A stretch of 64,000 nucleotides of DNA from a virus (IMGVR_UViG_3300030061_002429:37689-101688); one strand, 5' to 3'. Shown: positions 21,401-28,270, counted from the first letter of the stretch. Notes: generated by a model not told the origin, from the sequence alone. Program-made: numbers and translations.

Positions 21401-23208
21401 GTGGAAGTGGTTTATCAAATACCGACTTTAATGCCACATACGTTGGTATTATGGAGCGTCAAACAAACTTCTCCGCTATGCTCGGTGTAGACAAACCTGA
21501 ATGGCAAGTACGATACAGTAACGGTATGCGTATGACACGAGCGTTTGGTTGCCCAGTACGTGTATTACGTAACGCAAACACCGTCATACGTGATTGGTGG
21601 GGTGACCCGCTTGGTAAGAACATCTCAAAGGTAGATGAAGCAGTAAAGTATTATCTTGTTGATTGGTGGGGCAACACTCGTGGTGAAGATGTACGACGTT
21701 ATCCTGTGCGTGGTTTTGGTATACGCCCTGCTTGGGATTGCAGTGACGTATACGAATATGACCGCACCAACGACCTAACTCCATACGCACGTCTATGGAA
21801 CGGCGGTAATCCACTGGTCAATCTCAAGACGCTTGTTGATTTTACAAGTTCAGACCTAACGGCCACCGATGTGAACTTCCCACGTATGGCGGGACGAATC
21901 AACAACGTGAACAACAACGATTCAGCAAATCCAGTCGATGTGTTCTTCCCAACCAACCCACATCGTGTCGGTGACATGGGTAACGGTCGAGGTGTACGCT
22001 ATCCGACCATGTTCAACGAAGATGTACTCACAGACCTTGATGAGCCGTATCACGCCACAGGGGTCGTTCTTTCGCACCATACTGCCGAGCCGAACACATC
22101 AGACGGGTACGTGCGCCCACGTAACGATGTACTGCAACCCAACGAAGTACTGCGTGGTATCAGTGCTCGGTTGGGTGTCGATGAAGATGGACTGCTCAAA
22201 CCCGAAGCCGTAGCAAGCGACCGTGTAGAAGACTTCACTGGTGACACACCGCACAAGGATGCTATCAGTCGGTCAAGCCCACGTATCGGTATTGACAGCG
22301 AGAACATCGAGGGTGTAGATGACAACCTTATTGCTATCAACACAGAAGCACACAGTCTTCACACAGACCGCAACGTAGGACAGCGAGTGGTTATGGAGGG
22401 TGGCTTGACCGCAGGTTCACAGACGCTTACCGATTACGACCTTACTGGTTTGACCTTCGCTGCACAGCCACAGGGTGGTGCAATGAGATTGACCCACACC
22501 TCCAACTTCAACCCAATGGGTGGTACATACCTCGCTGAAACCCGCAACTTCCTTGCACCTATCAGTGACAAAGATTGGGGCGGTATAAGTGGGTCAAACA
22601 AGACATCAAACCCGTACGAAACAAACGTACACGTAAGCAACAAGCAAACAAACTTGACCGACAAGAAAGTTACTTTCATGCTTAGACCAGTGCGATTGCT
22701 TGACAAGCAACACGTTGAGATGTTCCGACCAAACAACAACCTGCACTCATCATCCCCGCAATACGGCGCAAACTACTTTTCGGCTACTGCTGGTGGTAAG
22801 TATGGTATGTATGTGTATGAAGTAGAAAATGGTCGAGCAAGTTCAGGCTACTACATCCGTAGCACTAACCCCGACACCAATCCACCTTATGCGCCGTTGT
22901 ATGTCATGGACATTAGTGGTGACGAGTCTGTACCAGTAAGCAAAGGGCCAAAGTTGCCCGGTATCAGTGAAACATCATTCGATAGTACAAAACTCAACAA
23001 TGCGGTCACTCGTATTGTCATCAGCGAAAACACGCTCCAACACTATCGTGCTGATGCGGCACGTCGTCGCTCCCGCATTGACAGTGATGAAACAACAAAG
23101 CGTATGGACTTCTCCGTAGTACCACGATTCTCACAGGCACTTCATCCAAAAGGACATAAAGGTGATGTAACCTACAACACATCAGACCACACAGGTGATG
23201 GCGCATGA
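6478..23208 (+). CDS. giant virion/tail protein (5576 aa) with N-terminal LamG/concanavalin-A-like domain
   Basis: Uninterrupted ORF; FFFDGVSDSI, FVIEAWV, YHIVASY, LYVN, FRGAIESI form a LamG-like pattern. Confidence 0.8.
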   Translation: MVAIGRTSHAFFFDGVSDSIIIPQSTFNSTGIERNGVKAPLSALSDVELQNTIGNISYSDFVIEAWVIPDCGGIIAQRDGQFQLELGTVDTPGPAVFHLTMQTAFGDKTITLNTAFDKTTRWDGVVYPSQEYGGIHDSYNRFDTSNYGEASGLNFNNRPLYHIVASYRGGNIELYVNTDMVASKKVPIEYRVKQVDGHVYVGGKGGQFRGAIESIHFSNSKSNNIFQPDFPTLGNASTGLYRFEEPLDIVEKVYTMNAVTAATDGSTKTITIGTADAQELIAKLTGKAYDSSSPIATFTESPYSMGNYEVNDFYSTPGTTAKLSIAHTPYNLLINAGSLNRNTFKPNQKPPERVRLHSIDGSNGNISISSIHVDFVNGTSGLRGLLHSRTADIDNYFVVVGADLLIDNGTGKPYQPPHYGTQIFDRTGQMVLDESDSESHGLVYSSRMATTTSDPKNPFAVVWPTSIDTLFQIGHSGRHALSHITGHDYMRRLPVPNDMTVDQVMSGSSDIVTMRYDSSQRNLKNTISINKNVDAYSPNLKGSVKSFVNTSTVASIVDNGLPASVKELIAIGGAGFDVRPFFLKGPVPQSYDEESRLFHLRPEKESRIALLKVPALQSSHNLAPFVEIHYNAIDLTGASMGISGPMLMVEKTVPAGSFDLGSGTRVIDVITSDLANTVLYSAGGVIDFTTGYMGSNNVLSKPNSLVGDTTGGNDNDSELDFSTTPAVYTPVSDVNAIPASPPKVIKKSHVSSNHNSVYHKLYFTPSTNIITEEDQTFYRKIKPLTTKSSTGEFDIGPVNTRSHMFEMFDIIDNQSTNDNRTAILYVQPSNKKRTNQFYNLSTATNGQATRMHILQLITRGRIRSINQVVDGETNEIDTEIVIRGISDEYLSQNIDVLGSGSPDSHVVKEIEPNAPVVTVTLGGPGQGAVNTKPTFDPSPLMRLPGSTRRMCAVQGVEVFATNSSTSGVTDSLTIRPLNNQSPDLLSWGTYCFPKIGRVYLASGASALYYAKTGSGFAFENSATAISERRFLLSDGTAVESFYVWCKANGVITQSGATVTEEVSDYFYNDDNFNDDSLTQDGSTVNDRLFQSMDGVTHDYQLGSQYSSTRAMVEIPFFPQQFFDHENENVFPGPDNSMKIHIDATYTAHTWNPTPVGRRADDVQVADRTASSAYSYNINNQDYVSSTTITKVEYDSSGKFYKIYVSHPSLFPPVDTSVFEYTNMKKLPRYRRAFLANGMWCVYRNDPSSDGYLRVDEHESATSGVISGSYAKGFFEGAVPQTALFIAQGYRSENLLPIASDNETPSSDYEARSPYYYDNANVKTQGGNLDYGLRQYVSAIEIKAGPLVNPHAPRVQSGVAQSTILSVKGTSGKYVFNLEDASSFPVLTEYTKDVTNLLAIDEGDLMYIAEVRLADGTTHEMVYFGKLLEDKSENTIICKSANTSLTGLENATLSIKRVGRALHSAASVSTATDNERKALTFLPDTSEQWTVAVAATSGTTTTIEITTTASDRLASSNTIGLNIRKDDELYIDDVSHNDVDYLGKVSSIVSNVVGGTTNTVITLTTNNACDVAVGDKIRVSIQSVVAEDQDGILNATWLNPYATGGMRNGDTVWMNMTMNNPHAVEGLFCKSRGVYNEHLVWKGFNGGRGSLTSRPRDSIPLENFLIGDTCLETAQNLAQHINKTIEINYESMLGSTYTDIPRVAYVDPYLATEGHARVLLYDVAHDREFIAFHDLHMQVQSSAATPNIGFGRDIVHAGGVLKLDRFLVSHNGGAPHYFTTQIDVANGFPSENKYLRSTQQSKFIESAYAHDIANSSENFLIQDPTTRGNNIQLKGKGHGHFVHSGLMYGFNSNIYAVSDNALPRVEPAVASVYWANEKHKNSRITSRDAFVKAVKNHRLSKNPSTFSFRDASTLFDTPDGTRCISAFLSLKGIRSSTLDLSGHEEDRLEHLPHWTEMDFVRRMVIDCGEVGVKEGVTDIEAATREIVRLINQGSAKNGRTHARRPSQQYPGESENLDLTRIGVRQDVTSEAKDPSSAHINADFAATGSTYDPAPWWFVEEAFDTHDRGSHMGYVRAHIGRVVEDMNGNEGFSIVIHSTVPGASGRNFCVWLDNSKGQSNYKPQFLIGHGGRFRNFWCQPDETLGENMHPAPMPLNKHGRPFAPVTTLREYVLQEEPDEPFTNNHDVGNRKSNNSSENRNVSARIGGINHNTVSDESFEVQGLSTNLVEGLRAGKQAVGRINFGGLVASGVPGFAPDAGTHGFGRRGDERFDYKYGEAIKFGDSDPTAIASYTGHVNPSDVTEDAIGDSPLYGFRFTDHRGRGYGVRYVYRKFGQAFSDENTTLPSTLEDEVIIHINDDDVSMGGFTLGGHMLGWGDPTGRLDVSGLQLSKWRGNQWRGMYAPNAGVDAEVTWDGTANTLTVVFEAPFNTGASSSPLANHPDLLGYLGYPHTNGVIHLHDTFTGTTDKGVVGNALSYESRTVDDITGTHIFYGVRGESFVSSHYVSSGTVTDAIRTQPHASDNTMRVLLSSRINWTTLVTDEVLAYATNVAINHPNPNQEDGIAVDVRRLYACDGRTLGEWGVAEDAIIVRSHNPQRGATPISSMFSSKLHTDYAIQAAHLEYGEYETLAKDATGIYAFSSSSDAVHQPISDALLDKNRQIDAGYLPRTVLQIRTKGRGYHANTPTPILVDSFNDPVPVDAWRKNLKGITFTSTSGDHILPALNNEMLLFNHYQHSAKYFYHTTTDNGISHALIPAGQEGATIDTFAKEASFGEQKRFYFTDVQYALLNSIQGTNSLTRVEWGRDDFANQDWVDHFTANFSNEDHILMRFGNQKIGGRRSYGAVDAEPLVYFKGAKDSNDHSVPLYFGGGFSGVVLDINDGTENDYSSFYTHPYSNGPTGTAGIQNANEISTSFAIVDCNALLAFFPATPLLNQHRGSLTHPVANRNNVLSPDLAAGAHTRHTDTPAHVVARYTAGIVQQKPSPLVLRVANPNARYKDTDVGETHTTYIIFGPGQAFPFTEMTTVNSDEQPHPGYVVTTGNTWSKVPANKNLPNEIKNSDDKYGPPSSTYQSARQVFHWNTTWNWSPAQGIPNIGTTTGAGLIQRPEHGSHYGEHFTGHVAVTLNNLEDYRKAHPYKFVGAMYYGIAMGADLCFHMDGGYHPGGSWMDNQLSFNPPHVISDYKINRGHNIVHPSAFRVSGKLANNFVTGVSNENIALLYEDEFIVVDATRCQNGEELATVLGQSINEFPGSSAIKAMGGTFAPSMGNAMRQDRYGWIEMSFESYTVDGPPVAITSSKTILIASISGASQATLEQIPACGWLRTPDGGTTNVGSGDIPTFAPYHSREVVYDSGSSSYKVHFLLAPNRSSSLPLMESLRTYDDVEQGTYAAGLSHPDYAGGNPTAVYVWSKAGVHRFNNENDSTRDHMTQVHFSGIVDAIDRTRPVGAVGWAGERYSYLNSLKVGSEQYGAGLGAWHPMLGFSPYGPSNSCMTAFGHLAHSNPIPFSPEGINRINNQTIVSDAIISNIYSWKYGLPSTDDYYATDYAFEQADNSILGKQPVTYRDNSDDTFALPRSLHMPQGVYSRAFVVISYESEMALVAKHDRDGIKATGDWLSVSSKVNVDSVIPATAITFAGTTRWDERIHNPERFTAPANAGPNVEALVRKDGSDPFTMPQAEYPSAFNFGAPLANDEDLYNAEPCFNETGDLFYDIDISPGAFHLETSAGVERNLQLKYITGSTDASITSRYTISGARDFWGGDLNAFRLAEHSPARNFSIENIVWKRMDGGNLSLPAVNARGLGAVPFITRVSGGTAYTTGEKLFGNCRFSFETTNSAMYPIIQAQELSHPQIAARHPDELRNVLEIPNEELQFLAMSVVDDTGQEHSIEGGSPFGTIIRSFKQISDRTAEGLAPSEAGSGVEPNLKIQLPDADAIPGNIIVRSGFDRLQAYQNETMGTGGMLRPNIETGIEGIFTDATDGPRLGPTFSDHEYDHISQNSVGEAFPDMTRKGWKSATNNAPLKTSYELHDRALFFHITKNGNSHTHRYPTIYTHDNGVINNALTAQTYSGTTLTVNATINTTLYRDAYGDSQKDDGGTRRFLRIYDDATGESGVASFTGISTNTFTGCVGDSAFDAIVAKSSITSFSVVPSYYVPAGSNRFFAARRIRDHAEVSGNSPDMAHSMYVTGHGGPNVLCYDAYKKTRLTPMAIPRMGHHFVNATQAMLPGHWAHPAYQGLYFKHRADRSATQKNLEQDLIQSTALDTDRSNLPADTQRKLPVYDPMITFGAMTATPSGPSDIHGGGFTLMFETKVKYDGYGVLASKGQAGVVNSKGGHTIVLEAGATYTLKHHFPDPSEVGAYQIIIQPNVHKSQFYGYHENGSATGLPDGSVNELTGQQVALVIGIREPDSATGGLGLVLAEATMADVRGCEVFINEVMLDHDPDYGGQLANIPPLLLYNALGVQGTEAPAFTRRSLPYHPGMFVDATPGFTTNIPWWSIVHKISPEDSSAVGFRHLTWHRIDNYYEFLRAGAGSIACQLTLAGYPSNYPDFYSTVLENVSLSPVAVVKSVSSTLITVDDARGFPKVPYYGMKLEYTDADGIRRTHTYTERSGNDATYMNKPYRFTITASSNFTNNLTVGTKIRLTRAYDFRPAGKLMKESRSSIFTRMLPQLLQGSRDTNSLHMADAYLCLWNPNLGRPHTFYSDGSRTWLSPTGDRAVNRKPLNSLPEHYETIHYHDATYYNSLGPFTFTMNTTRPIQPLVTHALSDRIIVSTASNVITTAHSPPSLPNDTIQIENEIFVVVSDTGALLTVNRDITHLTNGSKIYIHGDGDAVTAGGLHSDYTAQGGTDVMLNHYWPCGSRGGPLTSRLDGYGYVSTAWDYPQEYTSDGPVWEDQDDTGSYVVSSGITKTSYDSISSPTRPRPFGYRFGLRQPYNKPQWAMYGARAYRETPISSSNTIAGYQHGPLVQLEERTTGNKWEYVGGSGLSNTDFNATYVGIMERQTNFSAMLGVDKPEWQVRYSNGMRMTRAFGCPVRVLRNANTVIRDWWGDPLGKNISKVDEAVKYYLVDWWGNTRGEDVRRYPVRGFGIRPAWDCSDVYEYDRTNDLTPYARLWNGGNPLVNLKTLVDFTSSDLTATDVNFPRMAGRINNVNNNDSANPVDVFFPTNPHRVGDMGNGRGVRYPTMFNEDVLTDLDEPYHATGVVLSHHTAEPNTSDGYVRPRNDVLQPNEVLRGISARLGVDEDGLLKPEAVASDRVEDFTGDTPHKDAISRSSPRIGIDSENIEGVDDNLIAINTEAHSLHTDRNVGQRVVMEGGLTAGSQTLTDYDLTGLTFAAQPQGGAMRLTHTSNFNPMGGTYLAETRNFLAPISDKDWGGISGSNKTSNPYETNVHVSNKQTNLTDKKVTFMLRPVRLLDKQHVEMFRPNNNLHSSSPQYGANYFSATAGGKYGMYVYEVENGRASSGYYIRSTNPDTNPPYAPLYVMDISGDESVPVSKGPKLPGISETSFDSTKLNNAVTRIVISENTLQHYRADAARRRSRIDSDETTKRMDFSVVPRFSQALHPKGHKGDVTYNTSDHTGDGA

Positions 23209-23543
23209 TTGAATACGACTTTTGCGATTGTTGTACACCAATGGAAAATGCAATAGCATTGATGAAAGCAAAGAAAAAGAGCAAGCCTTTTCACGGCTAC
23301 AATCCAAATCGACATCACAGAAAGGGTGGTTTAAACGCTAAAGGACGTGCCAAAGCAAAGCGTGAAACTGGCGCAAACCTCAAACCACCTGTGACAACAA
23401 AGCCGAGCAAACTCAAACCCGGTAGCAAGAAAGCCAAGCGTCGTAAATCATTCTGTGCAAGAATGGGTGGTATGAAAGGACCAACATCGAAGAAAGGCAA
23501 ATTGACTCCGAAGGGTGCGGCTCTCAAGCGATGGAACTGTTGA
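23205..23543 (+). CDS. small basic conserved phage protein (DUF6321-like)
   Basis: GGLNAKGRA...RRKSFCARM...LKRWNC signature. Confidence 0.7.
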   Translation: MIEYDFCDCCTPMENAIALMKAKKKSKPFHGYNPNRHHRKGGLNAKGRAKAKRETGANLKPPVTTKPSKLKPGSKKAKRRKSFCARMGGMKGPTSKKGKLTPKGAALKRWNC

Positions 23544-23555
23544 GGTGGAAAAAAA

Positions 23556-24059
23556 ATGTTTGAGAAGGCATGGCGTTTTCTCAAGGCTTCTCGTCAAATG
23601 AAGTTGTACAATTACATTGAGGACTACCCCGGTATGAACCCTGTAAGTGGTTATAGAGGTGTACCACTAATGTCCACGGCTCCCCAAAGTCAAGAAAATT
23701 GGTCACAAAAACCCGATTCTTTCATTGACCTAAGCGGAAAAGGTACGTGGTGGGCTGATAAAAAAACCGTTGAACCACACGCAACTGCATCGTTTTTTGC
23801 TAACGCAAATTTTCATGATGTAGAAGGAACTCCAACAGTACTTGGTCTTCGTGGACCTATGGAGAATTATGGTAGAGTACAACGTAGACGAGGTTGGAAT
23901 CCAACAAATGAACGACTTCTTTCAGAAGCACTAATTACTCATGATAAGCCTATTGATTGGGAGAACATTGTGTTTTCTCAACCATCGGAAAGTGTGACTA
24001 CTGGTATGACTGAAGAAGAGGAAGAGGCATGGGCTAAACAACAATTTGGGTGGGCTTAA
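23556..24059 (+). CDS. putative ADP-ribosyltransferase-fold protein with MFEKAWRFLKA leader
   Basis: YRG, GTWW, A..FA and E-ALI arranged like an R-S-E ART core. Confidence 0.45.
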   Translation: MFEKAWRFLKASRQMKLYNYIEDYPGMNPVSGYRGVPLMSTAPQSQENWSQKPDSFIDLSGKGTWWADKKTVEPHATASFFANANFHDVEGTPTVLGLRGPMENYGRVQRRRGWNPTNERLLSEALITHDKPIDWENIVFSQPSESVTTGMTEEEEEAWAKQQFGWA

Positions 24060-24656
24060 ATGTTTGAGAAGGCATGGCGTTTTCTCAAGGCTACACGCCA
24101 AACCACACTTGGCGAGTTTCATCCTGATTTTCCAAGTCCTCATGGTCCTGTGACTATGCGAAGGTTTCACCCTACACAAGAATGGGGAAATAATTGGTTA
24201 AAAACAATTGATACAGGGTACGCTACTCATGATGATTTTAATCCTGATGAATTTCAACCGTATGAAGATTTAATTATTGAAGGTCTTAAACCGCAAGCAC
24301 CGACTTTAGATAGTATATTATGGGAAAATGACCATGTAGAAGATAACATAGATGATAATGTTAAACCATTTCGTTTAGATGAAACCACATTAGGCAATTG
24401 GTTTTATCCTACTGGAAAATTGACCGATGACCAAAAGGCTTTATCACATGAATTTATGATAGAAGATGGACAGCGAAAACAAATAGGTGTAAGAATGCCT
24501 ATTGAACAATTACAAGGCCAATTTAGAAATTTAGGGTATATGGGTGAAGCACCTGAAGCGCACGTAATAAATCATATTCCTCCGCAATACTTAGTACAAC
24601 TTCCTGATAATTTTTATGGCGAAGGAGAAGCAACTTGGGGGGCGAAGGGAGAATGA
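24060..24656 (+). CDS. putative ADP-ribosyltransferase-fold (KptA/Tpt1-like) protein with MFEKAWRFLKA leader
   Basis: FHPT, IIEGLKP, GNWF and EAHV..HIPPQYL resemble H-type ART/Tpt1 hallmarks. Confidence 0.5.
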   Translation: MFEKAWRFLKATRQTTLGEFHPDFPSPHGPVTMRRFHPTQEWGNNWLKTIDTGYATHDDFNPDEFQPYEDLIIEGLKPQAPTLDSILWENDHVEDNIDDNVKPFRLDETTLGNWFYPTGKLTDDQKALSHEFMIEDGQRKQIGVRMPIEQLQGQFRNLGYMGEAPEAHVINHIPPQYLVQLPDNFYGEGEATWGAKGE

Positions 24657-26062
24657 CACTCATCACAAACACCAGTACTGGGCGTTATGACACCGATGCC
24701 AACGAGGTCATGGACCACGTACGTAAGCCAGTCTTTGTCGATAACGCTGTTCATCATGGTCGCATAAGCGTGCAAACGTCAAACAAAGCAAAGATTACAG
24801 TCGAGAAGAACAACACTCGTAACCTGCAAGTCATGCCTCAAACACGCTATCAGATTGTCGAGAGCGAGGGTGGCGTACAACTCACACACGTACAAAAATC
24901 AGGTCACGAATACACTGGCGTTCCATACTTTAACGGGGAAACTTTGTCTTCGAGTAACATACCTATTCTCCTTTACAACGCCGACAACCCATCCGAGCGT
25001 ATCGTATTGAGCGATGTCGAGAACAGCACTATCGGTGTGTTTGGCAACCTACGTAACATGAAAGGCCGCACACTGCAAGACATTGGCTTTACCAGTGATA
25101 TTGTAAAACTCGGACAACCAGTGGACGTGGGACTGCGTACAACGGACTTGGCTATCAAGTTGGGTGAATCAATTAGTGGGGGTGCAACAAGCGTCAATAT
25201 CGCACGACCTGAAACAATCGTTGCACAGAATCGTGCTCACAGCACACGGTTTGTAGCACAAGATTTCAGGAATACCAATCTTATGACTTCACTACGCTAT
25301 CTTGCACGTCATGATGGACGTATGGTGATTCTCGATACCTTTGGGAATTTGTTGTACATCCCGCTATCGTTTACTGAAAACACTGTTGAAATCAAGAATA
25401 GAGTACCAACAGTCACAGTTGATAATCCGATTGATGATGCACCAAACAGGGTCACTGTACAGGGTCTTCCGATGGGGCTTAATGACTTGGTAATTGTCAC
25501 CGTTGATGATGCTGAATCACAAGTTGAAGAGGTACGTGAAGCACCTTCGGTGTTTGTAGACCACACGGTACGCAACACAACCAGTGCAAAGCGAATAGCA
25601 AGAAAGGTATTACGTGGTCATTCGTTGGTCAAGGGTAAGGAAGAGGTCAATGGAAACTACAACTCACTTGATGTACGACCCGGTATGACTGTTACTCATA
25701 ATGGAAAAAACAAGATAGTAACGGAAGTTCGACATTACCCATTTGCAAATCAAAGTGATTTTTCTTTAATGAATGTCGAAGTTGGTTTAGAAGGTATTCT
25801 ACAGGCTATTGATACTGGGGCAACTGTACAACAAAACAGTACAAACCCCGACACGGCTGTGCAGGTTGTAGACCTGAACCTCGCTATGTTTGGCCGTATC
25901 GAGTTACGTATTGAAAGCAAGGTTGTAGAGAACGTTGTTTACAAAACCGCAATGCTTATCGGTGGAACATCAAGAGGTACAATAGGAGGTAATGCTGAAA
26001 GCATAGGTGGTAATAAGAGCATCATCAGCATACAACGAAGGAGGGTTGGGGGATTCCAGTAA
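24653..26062 (+). CDS. baseplate hub/tail tip protein
   Basis: LARHDG..ILDTFGNLLY, NRVTVQG, AKRIARKVL, DVRPG resemble hub proteins; ATG at 24653 overlaps the upstream stop. Confidence 0.6.
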   Translation: MTLITNTSTGRYDTDANEVMDHVRKPVFVDNAVHHGRISVQTSNKAKITVEKNNTRNLQVMPQTRYQIVESEGGVQLTHVQKSGHEYTGVPYFNGETLSSSNIPILLYNADNPSERIVLSDVENSTIGVFGNLRNMKGRTLQDIGFTSDIVKLGQPVDVGLRTTDLAIKLGESISGGATSVNIARPETIVAQNRAHSTRFVAQDFRNTNLMTSLRYLARHDGRMVILDTFGNLLYIPLSFTENTVEIKNRVPTVTVDNPIDDAPNRVTVQGLPMGLNDLVIVTVDDAESQVEEVREAPSVFVDHTVRNTTSAKRIARKVLRGHSLVKGKEEVNGNYNSLDVRPGMTVTHNGKNKIVTEVRHYPFANQSDFSLMNVEVGLEGILQAIDTGATVQQNSTNPDTAVQVVDLNLAMFGRIELRIESKVVENVVYKTAMLIGGTSRGTIGGNAESIGGNKSIISIQRRRVGGFQ

Positions 26063-26397
26063 GTAATCACATTCGTCGTCTTCTTATTGAAACAATAAGG
26101 GACAACATCAACGAGGTCATTTTAGGCTTTGACGGTACACCTGCTACCAGTGACGATGGTTCGGCGGGAAGACCTGCCATCACACTCGTGCCTACGGTAA
26201 CTATTTTGGATGATTCAACGCTTCTTGTGCAAGCGGTCTTACCACAAACGCAATCCTTTACAGAACAAATCAAAGAGGTCTATTTGCAATTAAGAGGTGC
26301 ATCAAGTTTTACACCAGTGAGTAGATTCACCATTAAACCAATAACGAAAACGACGAGCAACGAAGTCAAAATTGAAATTACAATTGAGGTGGCATAA
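26053..26397 (+). CDS. small tail protein, probable ATT start
   Basis: Frame open from TAA at 26014; ATT follows a GGAGGGT RBS; first canonical start is GTG at 26188. Confidence 0.55.
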   Translation: MPVSNHIRRLLIETIRDNINEVILGFDGTPATSDDGSAGRPAITLVPTVTILDDSTLLVQAVLPQTQSFTEQIKEVYLQLRGASSFTPVSRFTIKPITKTTSNEVKIEITIEVA

Positions 26398-28103
26398 TGA
26401 CAGGGAATCCATTATCAGGACACACGAAAGGAAACATGACGCTCACAACGTATACCAGTTTATCCGTTCCTACTGCGGAAGATGGACTGTTTGACGGTGA
26501 GCATATCATCAGCCCTACGCTCACGAATGCGTACGAGGGCGTACACGGAAACGGCATTGTGCTTGAGGAAGACACTGCGGCAGGTGACGGTGACCGTAAT
26601 AATCCACTCAATCTCGCAGGACGTGTCAATGGTGTAGGTTCGTCAGTGCATTACCGTGTCAATGTACAAGGTGGGTATGCAGTGCTCGATGGAGTCATGT
26701 ACAACTTCGGTAGTTCAACCAACATTGATGTTGATTTGATTACTACCAGTACACACAAAGCGGGTTCGCCTACAGCACTAACAAGTGGACAAGAGGCTAT
26801 CATTGTTGTATACGTTAATACAGATACAAGCAACAATTGCATAGGATGGGAGATGGGTACGCCTGTTACTATTGGTGCATCATACCCACTTGCACCGTCG
26901 AGTTTTCTTAATTACCCGTCCTCATCGTTGAGTGTTAAACAATCATTGGTACTGGCGACTTTGCGTTGTGTTTTTGAATCGGGTTCAGGTGATTTAAACA
27001 TTAAAGTAACAGAAATCAACGATAAGCGAGTCTTCATCAGACCGACCCCAATTTACTTCACACCTGTTACATCAGGTGCGGTAGCCGCTACTGGTGCTAT
27101 TGATTCGCACACAGACCTCGATAACTTACACGGTGGTAGCGAGGCAGGTGCGCTTTCAAGTAGTCGTATGGGTGCTATGTGGCAATCGTACGACAGTGAA
27201 GGTAACCAAGTCATGTTTTACACAGGTAAGGATTCAGGTGGTAATCGGTTTACACGTCGTATCTTCAACTCGGTCTTGTCTTCTACGGCCACCAGTATTA
27301 CTGTTACGTCGGCTGATGAGAATGTACTCATGCTCACACCCAGTGGGACATGTACAGTAACACCAAGCGGTACATTCCCTGATGGTCACGTTATTACAAT
27401 CAAAAATCTACACGGTAGCAATACTGTTAATTTCAACTCATTGGGTGCGTTTGGTCAAACGGTGAAACAATACGTTTACGATAAAACTAACACATCTTGG
27501 AACAGTATTGAGGTCATCGGTACAGCGACAGGTACAGTAACTTCTATTGCGACTACCGCACCAATCACTGGTGGCACAATCACAACCACAGGAACAATAG
27601 GAATTAGTGCGGCTACAACAAGTGCCGCAGGTTCGATGTCGAGTGCCGACAAGACGAAGTTGGATGCAATACCTACTACGAGAGCACACATGTTTGCAAA
27701 AATAACAACACCGGGTTCGGCACTAACAAGTACTGTCCCGGCTGTCATACAACACAGTACGACAGAATACGATGAAAATAGCGACTTTCTTGCCAGCGAC
27801 TATGCCTTTGTCGCACCAAGAGATGGCTACTATCTTGTCAGTGTAGGATTTTATCTGAATCTTACCCCCACTTGGTCATTCTCAATGGTATATAAATCAA
27901 CAGATGGTGGTACAACCTACCCTGATATTGTTGTACGAGAAGTATCGGGTTCGGGACAAAAAAATCAATTAACAACCGTAGTCAAATTAGATGCAAATGA
28001 CAGATTACGCCACTACGCTAATGCCAGTTTTTCATCAGGTACGTACCAAGTACAAAGTGGTAACACTGCACTTACATATTTTAGAGTTTCGGAGTTGATT
28101 TGA
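26397..28103 (+). CDS. tail fibre/receptor-binding protein with C-terminal C1q-like domain
   Basis: GTVTSIA..TGGTITT and ATTSAAGSMSSADKTKLD fibre motifs; FVAPRDGYYLVS C1q-like. Confidence 0.7.
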   Translation: MTGNPLSGHTKGNMTLTTYTSLSVPTAEDGLFDGEHIISPTLTNAYEGVHGNGIVLEEDTAAGDGDRNNPLNLAGRVNGVGSSVHYRVNVQGGYAVLDGVMYNFGSSTNIDVDLITTSTHKAGSPTALTSGQEAIIVVYVNTDTSNNCIGWEMGTPVTIGASYPLAPSSFLNYPSSSLSVKQSLVLATLRCVFESGSGDLNIKVTEINDKRVFIRPTPIYFTPVTSGAVAATGAIDSHTDLDNLHGGSEAGALSSSRMGAMWQSYDSEGNQVMFYTGKDSGGNRFTRRIFNSVLSSTATSITVTSADENVLMLTPSGTCTVTPSGTFPDGHVITIKNLHGSNTVNFNSLGAFGQTVKQYVYDKTNTSWNSIEVIGTATGTVTSIATTAPITGGTITTTGTIGISAATTSAAGSMSSADKTKLDAIPTTRAHMFAKITTPGSALTSTVPAVIQHSTTEYDENSDFLASDYAFVAPRDGYYLVSVGFYLNLTPTWSFSMVYKSTDGGTTYPDIVVREVSGSGQKNQLTTVVKLDANDRLRHYANASFSSGTYQVQSGNTALTYFRVSELI

Positions 28104-28270
28104 TGCCGTCAGTAAAGGAAGCAATGGAAGCAAGATACCCTCTCTATGTTTATGATGAACATTTGCACTTAATCCGTGACGACGGAGATGGACTCGTTAT
28201 CCTAAGTGACGAGTGGCCGTCAGGTTGGGGCGCATGTCCTACGATACAAACAGTATTGAGTTGGCTATGA
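28103..28270 (+). CDS. small XkdW-like fibre-associated protein (55 aa)
   Basis: MPSVKEAMEARYP...LIRDDGDGLVILSDEWP; overlaps fibre stop; not in ORF track. Confidence 0.5.
   Translation: MPSVKEAMEARYPLYVYDEHLHLIRDDGDGLVILSDEWPSGWGACPTIQTVLSWL

Noticed and set aside
26397-28103. Diversity-generating retroelement target in the fibre
   Set aside because: No reverse transcriptase and no adenine-variant template repeat seen in the window.
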